A DNA stretch of 64,000 nucleotides from Candidatus Bathyarchaeota archaeon (GTDB lineage: Archaea; Thermoproteota; Bathyarchaeia; Bathyarchaeales; Bathycorpusculaceae), in assembly GCA_963733095.1 (NCBI GenBank), contig CAVTBV010000013.1, positions 256,001 to 320,000 of the forward strand, written 5' to 3'. The notes under the pieces are model-generated. The model had not been told where the DNA came from and searched no databases. It saw only the letters and a program-made list of their open reading frames with translations. Each line of letters starts with the position of its first letter. The stretch's first letter is position 1. The translations under genes were made by a program, and so were the position numbers. Shown here piece after piece: positions 9,752-20,942 of the stretch.

Positions 9752-9943
9752 CTACTTTTTTTTAAGCCACTCTTTGACTTCACGGTTGATTAATTCAAGG
9801 AAAGCAGCATCATTTTCTAACTTAAGGAAAGCGGCTCTATCTACGCCTTCAGGCATCGGTATTTTGATTGTCAAGTAGGGGTTTATTGTCTTTTCTATTT
9901 TTGATTGAACTTTTTCATATTTTTCAGGCGGCTTCTCACTCAT
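9752..9943 (-). CDS. Small hypothetical protein
   Basis: ATGA overlap with the upstream permease stop. Confidence 0.6.
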   Translation of the reverse strand: MSEKPPEKYEKVQSKIEKTINPYLTIKIPMPEGVDRAAFLKLENDAAFLELINREVKEWLKKK

Positions 9944-11232
9944 GATAAAATCACCGATAAAACCGCAACATACACGGTTGCAATAATTAACAGCAATACG
10001 GCGAATGGAGCAACTTTATGAAGCCATTCCGACCAGCTTATGGTTTTTCCCTGCTTTTTAAGTATACCCAGCCCTATTATGTTTGACGCAGACCCAATGG
10101 GCGTCAAGTTTCCACCCAAGTTGGCACCAAAAACAATAGCCCAGCCTAATACACGCAACGAATAACCGGTCAGGGCGGAAACCTGTTGCATCACTGGTAT
10201 GAGTGTCAAAGTCATTGGAATGTTGTCAATAACCGCAGATGGCACTCCACTTACCCAGACGTTAAGTACTGGAGTAAGATGTGGGTTAAGGCTTGAAATA
10301 CTCACTATACCATTAGCAAATGCAGAAATCACGCCGCTGGCTTGTAGCCCACCGACTACCACATAGAAAGATGTCAAGAAAAAAACTGTGCCCCAATCAA
10401 TCCCTGAAAAAATAGCTTCAGGCTCCTGCCCACCAACCACAAGGATAGTTATGGCTCCCCCCATTGCTATTAGACCAATCGGAACGTTGAGGTAGCCTTC
10501 AAAAATAAAAAGGACTATAACGACCACAAAGACGGCTGCCGCCCGAAAGAAAAGACTCCTGCTCTCAACCACTGACCAAGGATTGACATCGATTTCCATG
10601 GGGCGTTCTCCACTGAACTCTTTTTTTGTCCAACGAAAAATAAAAGCCATTGAAACCACCGTCAAAATCAAAGTCAAGGGCAAACTTATCGCCAGAAAAT
10701 CTGTAAAGTTAATCTTGAGTTGAGCAGCTAAGATCAAATTGGGGATGGAACTGATGAGAAGAGCCAATCCGCCGACATTAGTCATTAAAATTTCATAAAT
10801 GATTACGTTGGTGGGGTCGAAACGAAATTTCTTTGCCAACGAAATCGTTAACGCTCCAATAATAATTATTGTCGTGATATTGGATAAGATGGCGCTAAAC
10901 AGGACAGTTAAAAGGATAAACACAAGGGAAATTCTGCGGAATCCACCGCCTACAGTTTGGGCTAGTTTTAACCCGATGAATTCAAAGAATCCTGAGCGGG
11001 TAACCGCTTCAACAAGAATCATGATGCCGACGACCAGAAGCACCGTGTTTACGTCTATGAAGCCGATTATGCTGTTTAGAATGTTTGGTCCTGTGAAAAG
11101 GTTGTATTCAATTGCAAAAAGAACCGTAAGGAGCGCTCCGAGCAAAGCAGCTACGCTTCGATGACGGCGACCTGTGACTAGAATTATGAGAATAAGTGCG
11201 AAAAGCAGGGCAAAAATTATGGTCGTGTTCAT
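9940..11232 (-). CDS. SLC13/ArsB/NhaD-family ion transporter
   Basis: SAILSNITT, SAVIDNIP and GANLGGNLTPIGSASN motifs; many TM helices. Confidence 0.88.
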   Translation of the reverse strand: MNTTIIFALLFALILIILVTGRRHRSVAALLGALLTVLFAIEYNLFTGPNILNSIIGFIDVNTVLLVVGIMILVEAVTRSGFFEFIGLKLAQTVGGGFRRISLVFILLTVLFSAILSNITTIIIIGALTISLAKKFRFDPTNVIIYEILMTNVGGLALLISSIPNLILAAQLKINFTDFLAISLPLTLILTVVSMAFIFRWTKKEFSGERPMEIDVNPWSVVESRSLFFRAAAVFVVVIVLFIFEGYLNVPIGLIAMGGAITILVVGGQEPEAIFSGIDWGTVFFLTSFYVVVGGLQASGVISAFANGIVSISSLNPHLTPVLNVWVSGVPSAVIDNIPMTLTLIPVMQQVSALTGYSLRVLGWAIVFGANLGGNLTPIGSASNIIGLGILKKQGKTISWSEWLHKVAPFAVLLLIIATVYVAVLSVILS

Positions 11233-11819
11233 GGTATTGGCTCTTCAGCTTTCTTTGTGTGGTGGCTGGTTCTGAACTGCTTGGTTTCAAGGATTAACTT
11301 TTCAATTTCCTTTTTTAAAAGACCATAGATTTGGTTAGCAATATGATAAACCATGAACAGCCCGACCGCTAAGAGTATGATGTTAACGACTTTTGCACCC
11401 GATGCACCGAGACCTTGAATGGAAACTACAACGGGCGTCAGAAGGAATGAGGCTAAGACCAGCGAAATCAAGACCGCAACATCGTAAGTGATGTGTTGAA
11501 GGTTTCCTTGGTCTTTTTGACCAAACCGCTTTGAGGATAGGTCCAAGAAATATTTTACGTCAACAAGAATGAAATAGCCAAAATAAACAACAAACAAGAG
11601 AATGATGATGTTTAAAATTAAGGTTGACTGAATAAGGTCTCCCACTGTAAAATTAATAAGAGCCACAAGCTCGGGGCTAAGTAGGTTGAAGAAAACCAGT
11701 AAGAAACCGAGTGTTAACCCGTTTTTGATTAAACGAAAAATTCTCTTTCTAACGTCGCTGACCTCATCGCTCATGTCAACAACCCCTAAAAAATCTCGCA
11801 CTTCGAGGTTAATAAACAT
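11229..11819 (-). CDS. Membrane protein (4 TM)
   Basis: Hydrophobic ORF coupled by an ATGA overlap to the permease; the true start is probably the internal MSDEV. Confidence 0.7.
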   Translation of the reverse strand: MFINLEVRDFLGVVDMSDEVSDVRKRIFRLIKNGLTLGFLLVFFNLLSPELVALINFTVGDLIQSTLILNIIILLFVVYFGYFILVDVKYFLDLSSKRFGQKDQGNLQHITYDVAVLISLVLASFLLTPVVVSIQGLGASGAKVVNIILLAVGLFMVYHIANQIYGLLKKEIEKLILETKQFRTSHHTKKAEEPIP

Positions 11820-11912
11820 GAAATGGTGAAACTCAAATGCATTAAACGTTGCAAACCTTCACATGAGGGTTCAAGGAAAAAAAGTTTTTGGATTTAACTT
11901 TTAGAAATATAA

Positions 11913-12466
11913 TTAAAGCATATCTGTTCTCCCATGAATGAAGCGTTTGTAATGCTTATTCTTGCTTTTTACTTCTCTATTCTTAAAAGCAAAAGTTGAA
12001 ATTGCCTCCCACAGAAAAACCCATCCGATTATAGTGACACCTTCCAAGGCTGTGCCTGCAATTATATCCTGACCCGCAAGATTCCTCAAAGAATAGGCGG
12101 CTAAGAGAAGAATAAATGCTATTCCTACATAGAAAACACTTTTGATAAGATTCACTATTCTGACGTTTAAATTGTCTTTGAACAAAAAAACGTTTTCAAC
12201 CCAAAGGTTATTCGTTCTTCTCTTTTCAAATCTTGGCTTTCATCTAGGACGTTAAACTGAAGAATGATGCTATACTTGAAGGGCATATCTGAGGAAGAAT
12301 CTTCAAGGTAAACCCTAAGCTCATGATTAAGGTCTCTGCTTTTGAAAGGGGCAGGTTTAATTCATTAAAAATATCAATGTATTTTTCTATAGCGACAGCT
12401 ATGATAAAGCTGTTGTGGAGGGGTCTTTTTCATAGATTTTTCCAGCGCGGCATAGTTTCGCTTCAT
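11913..12466 (-). pseudogene. Frameshifted membrane-protein gene
   Basis: Segments IYEKDP / FIIAVAIEKYIDIFNEL / PAPFKSRDLNHELRVYLEDSS / IIGWVFLWEAIS lie in changing frames from ATG 12466. Confidence 0.6.
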
Positions 12467-12730
12467 GATTTAATTCTAGGTGGAGAAGATATTTATTCAT
12501 ATGTTCAAGAGGCTAACACTATAATTATAAAAGCTATAATGATGCTCTGCTTTCAAAAGCTTGGTTAGATAGCCTAAAAAGTATTGGATAAGCTTACTTC
12601 GGTGATATTAAACTATAAATAATCAAGAAAGATTATAGACTCATGAAAATCAAGCTTAGGCCAACAAGCTTAAAATTTTTAGCACCCAAAAAACCAATAT
12701 TTGACCTACTAAATGCATGGAGCCCTCTGA

Positions 12731-14908
12731 ATGGATATTCCGGAAGAAGCAATCATACAGCTTGTTCCTAAAAGGATTGGAAGACTAGCTGAGCTTGCAA
12801 ATAACCTCTGGTGGAGCTGGGACGAAGAGGGACGACAAGTTTTTCGCTCACTTGATTATGAACTTTGGAGAGCAAGCGGACATAACCCCGTCAAACAACT
12901 CCGCGATATTGACCCACTTAAACTTGCGGAAGCAGCAAAAGATCCTTCCTTTCTCGAACTTTATGACTCAGTGATTTCAAAATTTGATAATTACATGGTA
13001 AGCAAGAAGGATTGGTGCGGAAAAAAAGTTCCAACTGATTTTGATGGTCAAATCGCTTATTTTTCAGCTGAATACGCCATCCACAATTCTCTTCCCATCT
13101 ACGCAGGCGGATTAGGGGTTTTGGCGGGCGATATTTGCAAACAATCCTCAGACAGCGGATTACCTCTGGTTGCGGTAGGGTTCATGTATCCCCAAGGATA
13201 TTTCCGCCAACACGTCTCCGCTGATGGGTGGCAAGAAGAAGCCTACACCCAACTAGATTTCAGCGAAGCACCAATTTCCCCCTGTGCCTGGCCCCAAGGA
13301 TGCGGCCCATACATCTCTGTTCCGCTTGGAGACCGCGAAATATTCCTTCAAGTTTGGCAAGTCCGCGTGGGGCGAGTAAATCTGTATTTGCTTGACACAA
13401 ACATCAGCGATAACCGAGCCGAAGATAGAGGACTCTCAGCAAGACTTTATACGGCTAACCAAGAGGACCGGCTAAGGCAGCTTATAGTGTTAGGCATAGG
13501 TGGAGTACGGGCACTTCGAGAGTTGCATATTAAACCGGTTGTTTGGCATGCCAACGAAGACCACACAGCGTTTATGATGCTTGAACGTCTCAGAGAAGAA
13601 CGTGCCAAAGGAACCCCAATAGACGATGCCATAGAAAAGGTACGGAAAAGCACGGTTTTCACAACCCACACCCCAGTTGCAGCAGGACAACATATTTTTC
13701 CTTATCAACTGATGGATTATTACTCACGCAACTTTTGGGAGCCCCTTGGAATTGACCGTCAGAGCTTTTTGAACCTTGGAAAGTATGAAGGGTTAGGTGC
13801 AGAAAAATTTAGTCTCACAGCTTTTGCACTTCGGTTAGCAGGCCAATCCAACGCTGTGAGCAAACTACATGGTACGGTAGCCCGCAAAATGTGGAGTCCA
13901 CTCTATCCAGGAAAGCCTGTGGATGATATTCCGATTTTAAGTATAACTAATGGTGTTCATTCGCCGAGTTGGCGAGCTGTAGAAATTTCGGAGCTTTTCG
14001 AAAAACAACTTGAAGGCGAACTTTTGTCTCACGAGTATGAAGAACCGTTCTGGAAAAATGTCAATGCCATACCCGATGAGGTGTTCTGGTCTGTGCATCA
14101 ACTTATGAAGAGTCGGCTTATCCGCGCCATCCAAGACCGAGCTCAACTGCGTTTGGTCAGGGATGGCATTTCCACCCAGCAAGTGCTTGCAATGGGTGCC
14201 TTACTTGACCCTTACGCTTTAACCATCGCGTTTACCCGTCGATTTACCCAGTACAAGCGACCCCAACTGATTCTAAGCGACAGCGAACGCCTTAAAAAAT
14301 TAGTCACGGATCCGCTGCGGCCTGTACAGATTATTTTCGGTGGTAAATCTCATCCTGCTGATTACGCCTCAAAAGAGCTCCTCAAGAGTGTTTACAACGT
14401 GGCTTTGGATAAGCGGTTTCAGGGGCGAGTTGTCTTTGTGGAAGACTATGACATGAGCCTTGCCCGAGAATTAGTTAGGGGCGTTGATGTTTGGCTAAAC
14501 AATCCTAGGCGTTTGCAGGAAGCCTGTGGAACCAGCGGTATGAAAGCTTCCATGAATGGGGTTATTAACCTGAGTATACGTGATGGATGGTGGGATGAAG
14601 CTTACAACGGTATTAACGGGTGGGCAATTGACACCTTTAAGGGAGGAAGTCCCGAAGATGAAGACCGAGCAGATGCTGAAGCACTATATAGTCTGCTGGA
14701 AAACAATATAGTGCCCCTCTATTACGATCGCGACCGAAAAGGAATCCCCCACAACTGGATTCAAGTCGCCAAAGAAGCCATCAAAACCATTAACCCAGTC
14801 TTTAACGCCTGCCGAATGATGAAAGAATACGTCGAGCGCATGTATATGCCTGTTGTCTTTCCCCAAGAATCTAAAGATAATCCCTTAACAGTAAAGGAGA
14901 AAGTATAA
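12731..14908 (+). CDS. glgP: Alpha-glucan (glycogen) phosphorylase
   Basis: YAGGLGVLAGD, TTHTP, RRFTQYKR and the PLP-lysine motif EACGTSGMKA. Confidence 0.95.
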   Translation: MDIPEEAIIQLVPKRIGRLAELANNLWWSWDEEGRQVFRSLDYELWRASGHNPVKQLRDIDPLKLAEAAKDPSFLELYDSVISKFDNYMVSKKDWCGKKVPTDFDGQIAYFSAEYAIHNSLPIYAGGLGVLAGDICKQSSDSGLPLVAVGFMYPQGYFRQHVSADGWQEEAYTQLDFSEAPISPCAWPQGCGPYISVPLGDREIFLQVWQVRVGRVNLYLLDTNISDNRAEDRGLSARLYTANQEDRLRQLIVLGIGGVRALRELHIKPVVWHANEDHTAFMMLERLREERAKGTPIDDAIEKVRKSTVFTTHTPVAAGQHIFPYQLMDYYSRNFWEPLGIDRQSFLNLGKYEGLGAEKFSLTAFALRLAGQSNAVSKLHGTVARKMWSPLYPGKPVDDIPILSITNGVHSPSWRAVEISELFEKQLEGELLSHEYEEPFWKNVNAIPDEVFWSVHQLMKSRLIRAIQDRAQLRLVRDGISTQQVLAMGALLDPYALTIAFTRRFTQYKRPQLILSDSERLKKLVTDPLRPVQIIFGGKSHPADYASKELLKSVYNVALDKRFQGRVVFVEDYDMSLARELVRGVDVWLNNPRRLQEACGTSGMKASMNGVINLSIRDGWWDEAYNGINGWAIDTFKGGSPEDEDRADAEALYSLLENNIVPLYYDRDRKGIPHNWIQVAKEAIKTINPVFNACRMMKEYVERMYMPVVFPQESKDNPLTVKEKV

Positions 14909-16458
14909 TGTCAGAAAAAAAGAAAAACCAAAACCTCGACCTCAATATAGAAGACCTAATGATAGTTTTTGTGGGAAAAGACGAGAAAGTTGTTGATATT
15001 AACCCGAAAGGCTGCGAATTACTAGAGTACACTAAAGACGAGGTTGTGGGCAAGAACTGGTTCGATGTTTTTGTTCCTCAAAATGTACGGGAAGAAACAC
15101 GGCTTTCTTTTCACCAGTTGTTAGAAGGGACAAATCAGAAAGGGTATGCGGAGAAACCGGTTTTAACAAAGAGCGGCCAAGAACGTATCATCAGCTGGTA
15201 CACTTTGGCCGTTAAGGATGAAAGAGATGAAATTGCATGCACAGTTTTGTCTGGTCACGACATTACCGACCGCAAGCTATTCGAAGAAAGATACATCCGG
15301 CTGGCATCTTTTCCAGCCTTCGACCCCAACCCTATAGTCGAGGTAGACTTTGACGGAACAATAACCTATAAGAATCCAGCCACAAAAAAAGTGTTCCCAA
15401 ATCTTGAGCAAAAAGGCTTAAAGCAACCCTTCTTCGCAGATTGGGAAAATGTTTCTTCGGCGTTCAAGGGCAAAATTTCAGGCGAATACTCGTTTGGAAG
15501 GGAAATACGTCTGGGCGAACACTGGTATCTCCAACAGTTCTCTTTTATGCCTATAGGTCCCCGAATCAGAATCTATGTTGTAAACGTTGACGAAAAGAAA
15601 AAAGCTGAACAAGCCCTTGTGGAAAGTGAAGAAAAATATCGCTCCTTGTTTGAAAATATGATTAATGGCTACGCCTACTGCAGGATGGTATATGACGAAA
15701 AAAACTTACCTGCAGATTTTGTATACTTGGAAATCAACGCCGCTTTTGAGAGAATAACCGGTTTAAAACGTGAAGCCATAGTTGGAAGAAAAGTCTCTGA
15801 GGCTATTCCAGGAACCAAAGAGGCTAACCCTGAAATCTTTGAAATATACGGCAGAGTGGCCCTGACAGGAAACTCTGAAACTTTTGAGGTTTTCTTCAAA
15901 CCCCTCAACATCTGGCTAAACATTTCTGTGTATGGCCCAAAAAAAGACCATTTTGTAGCAATTTTCGAAAACATCACCAAACGCAAAGAGCTAGAGCGGG
16001 AGCTGAACAGTTACAATCAGCGGCTTGAAGAAGTGGTGGCGCAACGCACGGCTGAGTATGCGCAGACAAACCAGAAATTGACAGGGGAAATTATGGAGCG
16101 CCGCAAGATTGAAGAGAGTTTGTTGTTTAGGGCTATGGTGCTGGATAACTTGAGCGAAGCTATCTTTTTAGCGAATTTTAGTGGCTCATTTGTTTATGCA
16201 AACCTTGCGGCTTGTGAGTTGTTCGGTTATCCCTGTGATGAATTCTTGACCCTGAATTTGATGGCTGTTCTGCAAATTCCCGAGGCTGTCAAGAGTACGC
16301 TTATGGAAAACCTGCAAAAGACTGAGCAAATCGATTACCACACGGTTTATTCCACGAAAAAAGGCGAGAAAGTTCCGATTCATCTGCGGATGGGTTTGGT
16401 GAAGACGGCTCATGGAAAACTGATAATCAGCGTAATACATAAGGTTAGAACTCCCTAA
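14908..16458 (+). CDS. Multi-PAS sensor protein with no kinase or output domain
   Basis: About four PAS/PAC repeats (GHDITDRK, FENITKRK) and a coiled coil; no H-box or ATPase domain; TAATG overlap with glgP. Confidence 0.85.
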   Translation: MSEKKKNQNLDLNIEDLMIVFVGKDEKVVDINPKGCELLEYTKDEVVGKNWFDVFVPQNVREETRLSFHQLLEGTNQKGYAEKPVLTKSGQERIISWYTLAVKDERDEIACTVLSGHDITDRKLFEERYIRLASFPAFDPNPIVEVDFDGTITYKNPATKKVFPNLEQKGLKQPFFADWENVSSAFKGKISGEYSFGREIRLGEHWYLQQFSFMPIGPRIRIYVVNVDEKKKAEQALVESEEKYRSLFENMINGYAYCRMVYDEKNLPADFVYLEINAAFERITGLKREAIVGRKVSEAIPGTKEANPEIFEIYGRVALTGNSETFEVFFKPLNIWLNISVYGPKKDHFVAIFENITKRKELERELNSYNQRLEEVVAQRTAEYAQTNQKLTGEIMERRKIEESLLFRAMVLDNLSEAIFLANFSGSFVYANLAACELFGYPCDEFLTLNLMAVLQIPEAVKSTLMENLQKTEQIDYHTVYSTKKGEKVPIHLRMGLVKTAHGKLIISVIHKVRTP

Positions 16459-16538
16459 AAGCGACTTAAAGAAATGTTGTTGCTCAATTGATGAATAAAA
16501 AATAAAAAAAGGGAGATTGTGTTTTTATTCTTTGTTTT

Positions 16539-19187
16539 TTACGGTCGTTTTCTCAGGACTAGTATGATTGCTAGTCCGATGATTGCCATAAAGACAAATA
16601 GGCCTGCGATTGCTGGGATGAAGTATGTGTCTGCCATCGATGGTGCTGTTGTTGGAGCAGTGGTTGCGGTTGGCGCTGGGTTTCCGACTGTGAATGATGT
16701 TTCAGAAGATGAACCATAGTAGGATTGTGAGCCTGCGAAGTTAGCTACGACAGTGTAGTCGCCTGTAATGTCTGGAGTCCATGTGTAGGTAAACATGCCG
16801 CTTCCGTCGCTTGTTGCGGTACCGATTTGTCGGAAGTTGCCGTTTGAGTCAAGAACACTGATCGTTACTGGAACACCCGTTGTGTTTGTTGGCATAGGTT
16901 GTTGCATATAGACGGCTTCCATGAATGGAGTCATGCTGTCGTCAGAAACTGCTGGCAGACCGTTGGGGAAGTTTGCTGCTACTGCTTCTTGCTGTGAACC
17001 AGCGGAAATGTCGGTTACTGTACCTCTAATTACTATGTCTGAACCGAATGCTTGAGCGTCGACTGTGAGTTTGGTTGGTCCCATGCCGTAGCCGTAGATT
17101 TGGTTGTCGTAGGCGTTGAGTGTTGTCATGACGCCGTCAGAAATTGCTGGTGCGCTAGTAACGTCGAATGCATCAATGCTCCATACGACTGATCCGTCGG
17201 TGGTGTTCAAAGCCAGTTGTTGTGCGTTGTGGAATAGTGGTGGACTGTACATGTGGCCTTCTGGCACGAACAGCTTGCCGTCAGCGACTGATCCCACGGT
17301 GAAGGTCCATATTGGTTCTACACCGTAAGGTGACTCGTAGCCGCCGGATGGAGTGTGATATTGCCATTTGAGTTCACCAGTCAAGATATTGAATGCATAG
17401 ACGTCTCCTCCATAGCCCCATATGTAGATTGTGCCGTCAGCAACGACTGCGTTTGCGCCAAGCGAACTGAATGGACTCACGTTTGGTAGTGCAATTGGTC
17501 CCCATAGTTTTTCGCCTGTTGTGAGGCTGTAGCCGGTGACTGATAATGCAGATTCCGTTAGTTCCACGTAAGCGCCACTTCCTGACCAAACTCCGCCGCT
17601 GTATACGATGGAGTATGGCACTTGGGTTCGGTTAACTGCGCCCCATAGTTGATGTCCATCTATTGCACTGAAGCCTGCTTCTTCTTGCCATCCAGATGTG
17701 AAGAACATACCTCCGCTGCCTGAGTCATATCCTGTCATTAGCACTGTACCGCTTTGAACTGCGGAAATGCTTAGCAGATACATTGGGAATCCGTATGCCA
17801 TTGATACTAGTGGTTTACCGTCTTTGTCAGTGGTGGGTAATGGTGTTGACCATTGTACGCCTGCTTGGAAGTTGAGTTGTGCACCTTGTGGTGGTCTCCA
17901 CATCCACTGATCTGCAACGGCGCTGCCGCCGCCATAGTTACCGACTGCCATGTTGATGCATACGGTTGAGTTCCACATGCTTAGTGAAGCTGAAACTTTA
18001 CCTGTTGCAAAGTTTGTAGTTGAGTTGACGTAATAGCCGACTAAGTTGCCATGTTCATCTTCGGTTAGTGTTAAAGCCGACGCGGGAACATTTGTTATGT
18101 TAAGTATCCATTGACCAGTCATTGCATCGTACATGGACAGGTATGAAGGTGTACCCATAAAGCCTGCCCCAGCAACGGGTATGCTCCACAAGTATGCGAG
18201 CGCACCGTACTGGTTTGGTGTAATCATGTTGAGTATTTGTCCGCATTTTAGAACTTCATTGTTAACTTGTGCTTCGGTCTTTGTCCATATTGTCTGTCCT
18301 GTATGTAGGTTCACTGCGACCCAACCTTCGGGGTAAGTTGATGCACCTGGATAAAGTGTGTAGTAGAGTATACCGTTCATGATTATTGGCGCGAACTTTG
18401 GTTCATACTGTGATGTTGAGTAGTAGTTGCTTGTTTCGCTGTTGCCGAATTCTCCGCCGATTATGCCGCCGAACGCTTCTGGTTTTGTCCATAAAATGTG
18501 GGCGGTGTTAGGGGCGGTTGTGAAGGGGTTGTAGTTTCCTGTTGCATTGTACATTCCTGTTGCTGCAAAGGTAGATGCTGCAAGCCCTAACCAGTTGCCG
18601 CTAATAACGTTCCAGTTGTTGTTTTCACCGTAAATTGGGCGCGTCCAATAGTTTGATGGTAAGGGGTTTGCGCCAGCAATGCTTATTGGTTCTTCTTGTA
18701 CATTTAAGGTAAATACGTTGCTTTCGCTGGGTTCATAATAGTCGCCAACGCTTGGGTTGGTTGATGGTTGTCCGTTGGGTGTGTTAAGGCCTGGTAGTAC
18801 TTCTCCGCCGAATTTCATTTGGAAGGTGTAATTGCCGGTTACTGTTGGGGTGTAGGTTGTGTGCGATCCGCCGGTTGCGTCAGATGTGAATGGTCCTAGT
18901 GTTTCTTTGGTTCCATCTGGATGCGTGACTATCAAAGTCATATTTGTCCATCTGTCACCGTATTGTGCACTTGCAGTTGGTGGTGGAAGGTTAACCCAGA
19001 AGTTGACGTTGACTGTTTGTCCAACTCCGATTGGGTTGGGTGAGACACTGCAGAAGGTGTATGTTGGAATGTTCCATCCAGGGGTGTGTGCATTAGCGTT
19101 TGGTATTAATATCGCTGAAGCTCCCATCGAAATCATTAACAAAGCTGCAATCAAAATAGTCAAACTTTGGTTTTTTAACACTTGCAA
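16539..19187 (-). CDS. PQQ-like beta-propeller cell-surface protein
   Basis: Signal peptide, repeated [AT]xxxxTGxxxW blades, C-terminal Ig-like domain, P/T linker, TM helix and RKRP tail. Confidence 0.85.
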   Translation of the reverse strand: MQVLKNQSLTILIAALLMISMGASAILIPNANAHTPGWNIPTYTFCSVSPNPIGVGQTVNVNFWVNLPPPTASAQYGDRWTNMTLIVTHPDGTKETLGPFTSDATGGSHTTYTPTVTGNYTFQMKFGGEVLPGLNTPNGQPSTNPSVGDYYEPSESNVFTLNVQEEPISIAGANPLPSNYWTRPIYGENNNWNVISGNWLGLAASTFAATGMYNATGNYNPFTTAPNTAHILWTKPEAFGGIIGGEFGNSETSNYYSTSQYEPKFAPIIMNGILYYTLYPGASTYPEGWVAVNLHTGQTIWTKTEAQVNNEVLKCGQILNMITPNQYGALAYLWSIPVAGAGFMGTPSYLSMYDAMTGQWILNITNVPASALTLTEDEHGNLVGYYVNSTTNFATGKVSASLSMWNSTVCINMAVGNYGGGSAVADQWMWRPPQGAQLNFQAGVQWSTPLPTTDKDGKPLVSMAYGFPMYLLSISAVQSGTVLMTGYDSGSGGMFFTSGWQEEAGFSAIDGHQLWGAVNRTQVPYSIVYSGGVWSGSGAYVELTESALSVTGYSLTTGEKLWGPIALPNVSPFSSLGANAVVADGTIYIWGYGGDVYAFNILTGELKWQYHTPSGGYESPYGVEPIWTFTVGSVADGKLFVPEGHMYSPPLFHNAQQLALNTTDGSVVWSIDAFDVTSAPAISDGVMTTLNAYDNQIYGYGMGPTKLTVDAQAFGSDIVIRGTVTDISAGSQQEAVAANFPNGLPAVSDDSMTPFMEAVYMQQPMPTNTTGVPVTISVLDSNGNFRQIGTATSDGSGMFTYTWTPDITGDYTVVANFAGSQSYYGSSSETSFTVGNPAPTATTAPTTAPSMADTYFIPAIAGLFVFMAIIGLAIILVLRKRP

Positions 19188-19387
19188 TTTTTTCTTCTCC
19201 TAAAAGTTTATGGAAACCCTGTTAATTCATTTTGTTTATAAGATTTTCGTATTTCCGCCCTAAAAAAGAAATATTTTGAAGTATGTGTGGCTCAAAACTA
19301 TAAAAAAAAGACTTGCCTCTATAAAAAAGAAAGAAGTGGCCCGAATTCCACGGGTTTTACCTTTGAATTGAGCACTTCACATCAGTA

Positions 19388-19582
19388 TTATGTAGGCTGG
19401 CGCGTCAGGTTTATGGAGTTGTGTTCCGGGTCGGGTGTGTTCTGGTTGAAGTGGGCATCGCTGTTTAGGGCGGATATGCATTTTATGTACTCTACTTTGC
19501 TTTGCAGTTTTTTGTAAACAACAAAGTAATCTAGGAGTTTGGATGCTTCTTCGTTTTCGAATACTTCTATTGGGTGGGACAT
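19388..19582 (-). CDS. Small hypothetical protein
   Basis: 64-aa ORF with GAGGA upstream of the ATG. Confidence 0.4.
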   Translation of the reverse strand: MSHPIEVFENEEASKLLDYFVVYKKLQSKVEYIKCISALNSDAHFNQNTPDPEHNSINLTRQPT

Positions 19583-19830
19583 ATGTTGTTCCTCTATGGT
19601 TGAGAGTATTGAGTGTTACGACATAACCCTTACTAACATGTGTGTATATCGCTCGCAACTAAAACCGCTTCAAAACAAACCAACATAAACATCAACGATT
19701 AAACCAAAAAAGCAAACAAGCAAGCCTGCAAACACATTTTTTAATTAAACAACTATATTGCGATACCATACAGCTGATGGAAAAGCAAAATAACAACGCC
19801 ACACTCGCATAATATGAATAAGTGACCTAA

Positions 19831-20385
19831 ATGTCCGCAAAAACAACTGTAAACAATAACTCCGCATACAGGCTCCTTCACCCAATGCACACCGTCTTAG
19901 TTTCTTGTGTTGGAAAAGCCAACAAACCCAACGTAACCACGGTCGCATGGGCAATGCCCACCAGCATCAACCCACCCCTATTGGCCATAAGCCTCGCCCC
20001 AACCCGGCACACCCACACCCTCATAGAAGAATCAGGCGAATTCACCGTAAACATCCCAACAATGGAAATACTGCAAGCAGTTTACTCCTGCGGCAGCCTA
20101 ACAGGCAGAAGCTTTGACAAATTTAAAAAAGCCAACCTTACCCAAATGCCGGGCAAAAAAGTCAAATCTCCAGCCATCCGCGAATGCATTGCTCACCTCG
20201 AATGCGAAGTCGACGGACAATTCACGACGGGTGACCACACGATATTCGTAGGCAAAATCCTCGAAGCCTACGCAGATATGGGCGTCTTCACAGAAGCAGG
20301 CTACGACCTCAAACGGGCACGAGTCCTCTACCATGCAGGTGGAAACAACTTTGCACTCTTAGACCCCAAACTCTACAAATCCTAA
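19831..20385 (+). CDS. Flavin reductase-like (DIM6/NTAB) protein
   Basis: GEFTVNIP, CGSLTGRSFDKF and GDHTIFVGKI motifs. Confidence 0.9.
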   Translation: MSAKTTVNNNSAYRLLHPMHTVLVSCVGKANKPNVTTVAWAMPTSINPPLLAISLAPTRHTHTLIEESGEFTVNIPTMEILQAVYSCGSLTGRSFDKFKKANLTQMPGKKVKSPAIRECIAHLECEVDGQFTTGDHTIFVGKILEAYADMGVFTEAGYDLKRARVLYHAGGNNFALLDPKLYKS

Positions 20386-20942
20386 CAAAAATTCCGCCCT
20401 TTTATAACCTAACACGCAAACAAAATGACGATGGCGGAATAAGCACAAGGTATACACAACTTATAAAACGCTAATAAATTATTAGGGTTGCCTATGACAA
20501 ACAAAAAGAAAAAAAAATACCAGCTGACCCAAAAAACTGTCCCAAGAGAAACCACAGTAACATTTAGGGAAATAACTGAATAAGCTAATCTCCAAATAAT
20601 GTTTGTATCACAAACAACAAAATAAGATGTATCGATTAATTTTGGAAAACCCCTTAAGAGACAAACCAGTTATCACAGTGATAAACTGAAACACTTGGAA
20701 TGTATATGATCGTTTGAGCCTATTTTAATTCTAATATTGTTTCTATGCAGCAACGATAAAGAGGGTCGTAGCGAATTCCCCCCCGGCAATAGCATGTTGA
20801 AAACCTGCGCTTAAAGACACGGTAACGAGCCGCCGCACATGCAAGTCAGCGCTGCTTTCCATGCAAAACCGCTATTAAACATCCTTCTTTCAAGAATAAA
20901 AGCGAAGGTATATATGGTATTGTTGAACAGTTATGTTTCGTC

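Noticed and set aside
20760-20880. tRNA fragment or att site (GCGAATTCCCCCCCGG) or ncRNA
   Set aside because: No cloverleaf, canonical T-loop or convincing stems could be built.
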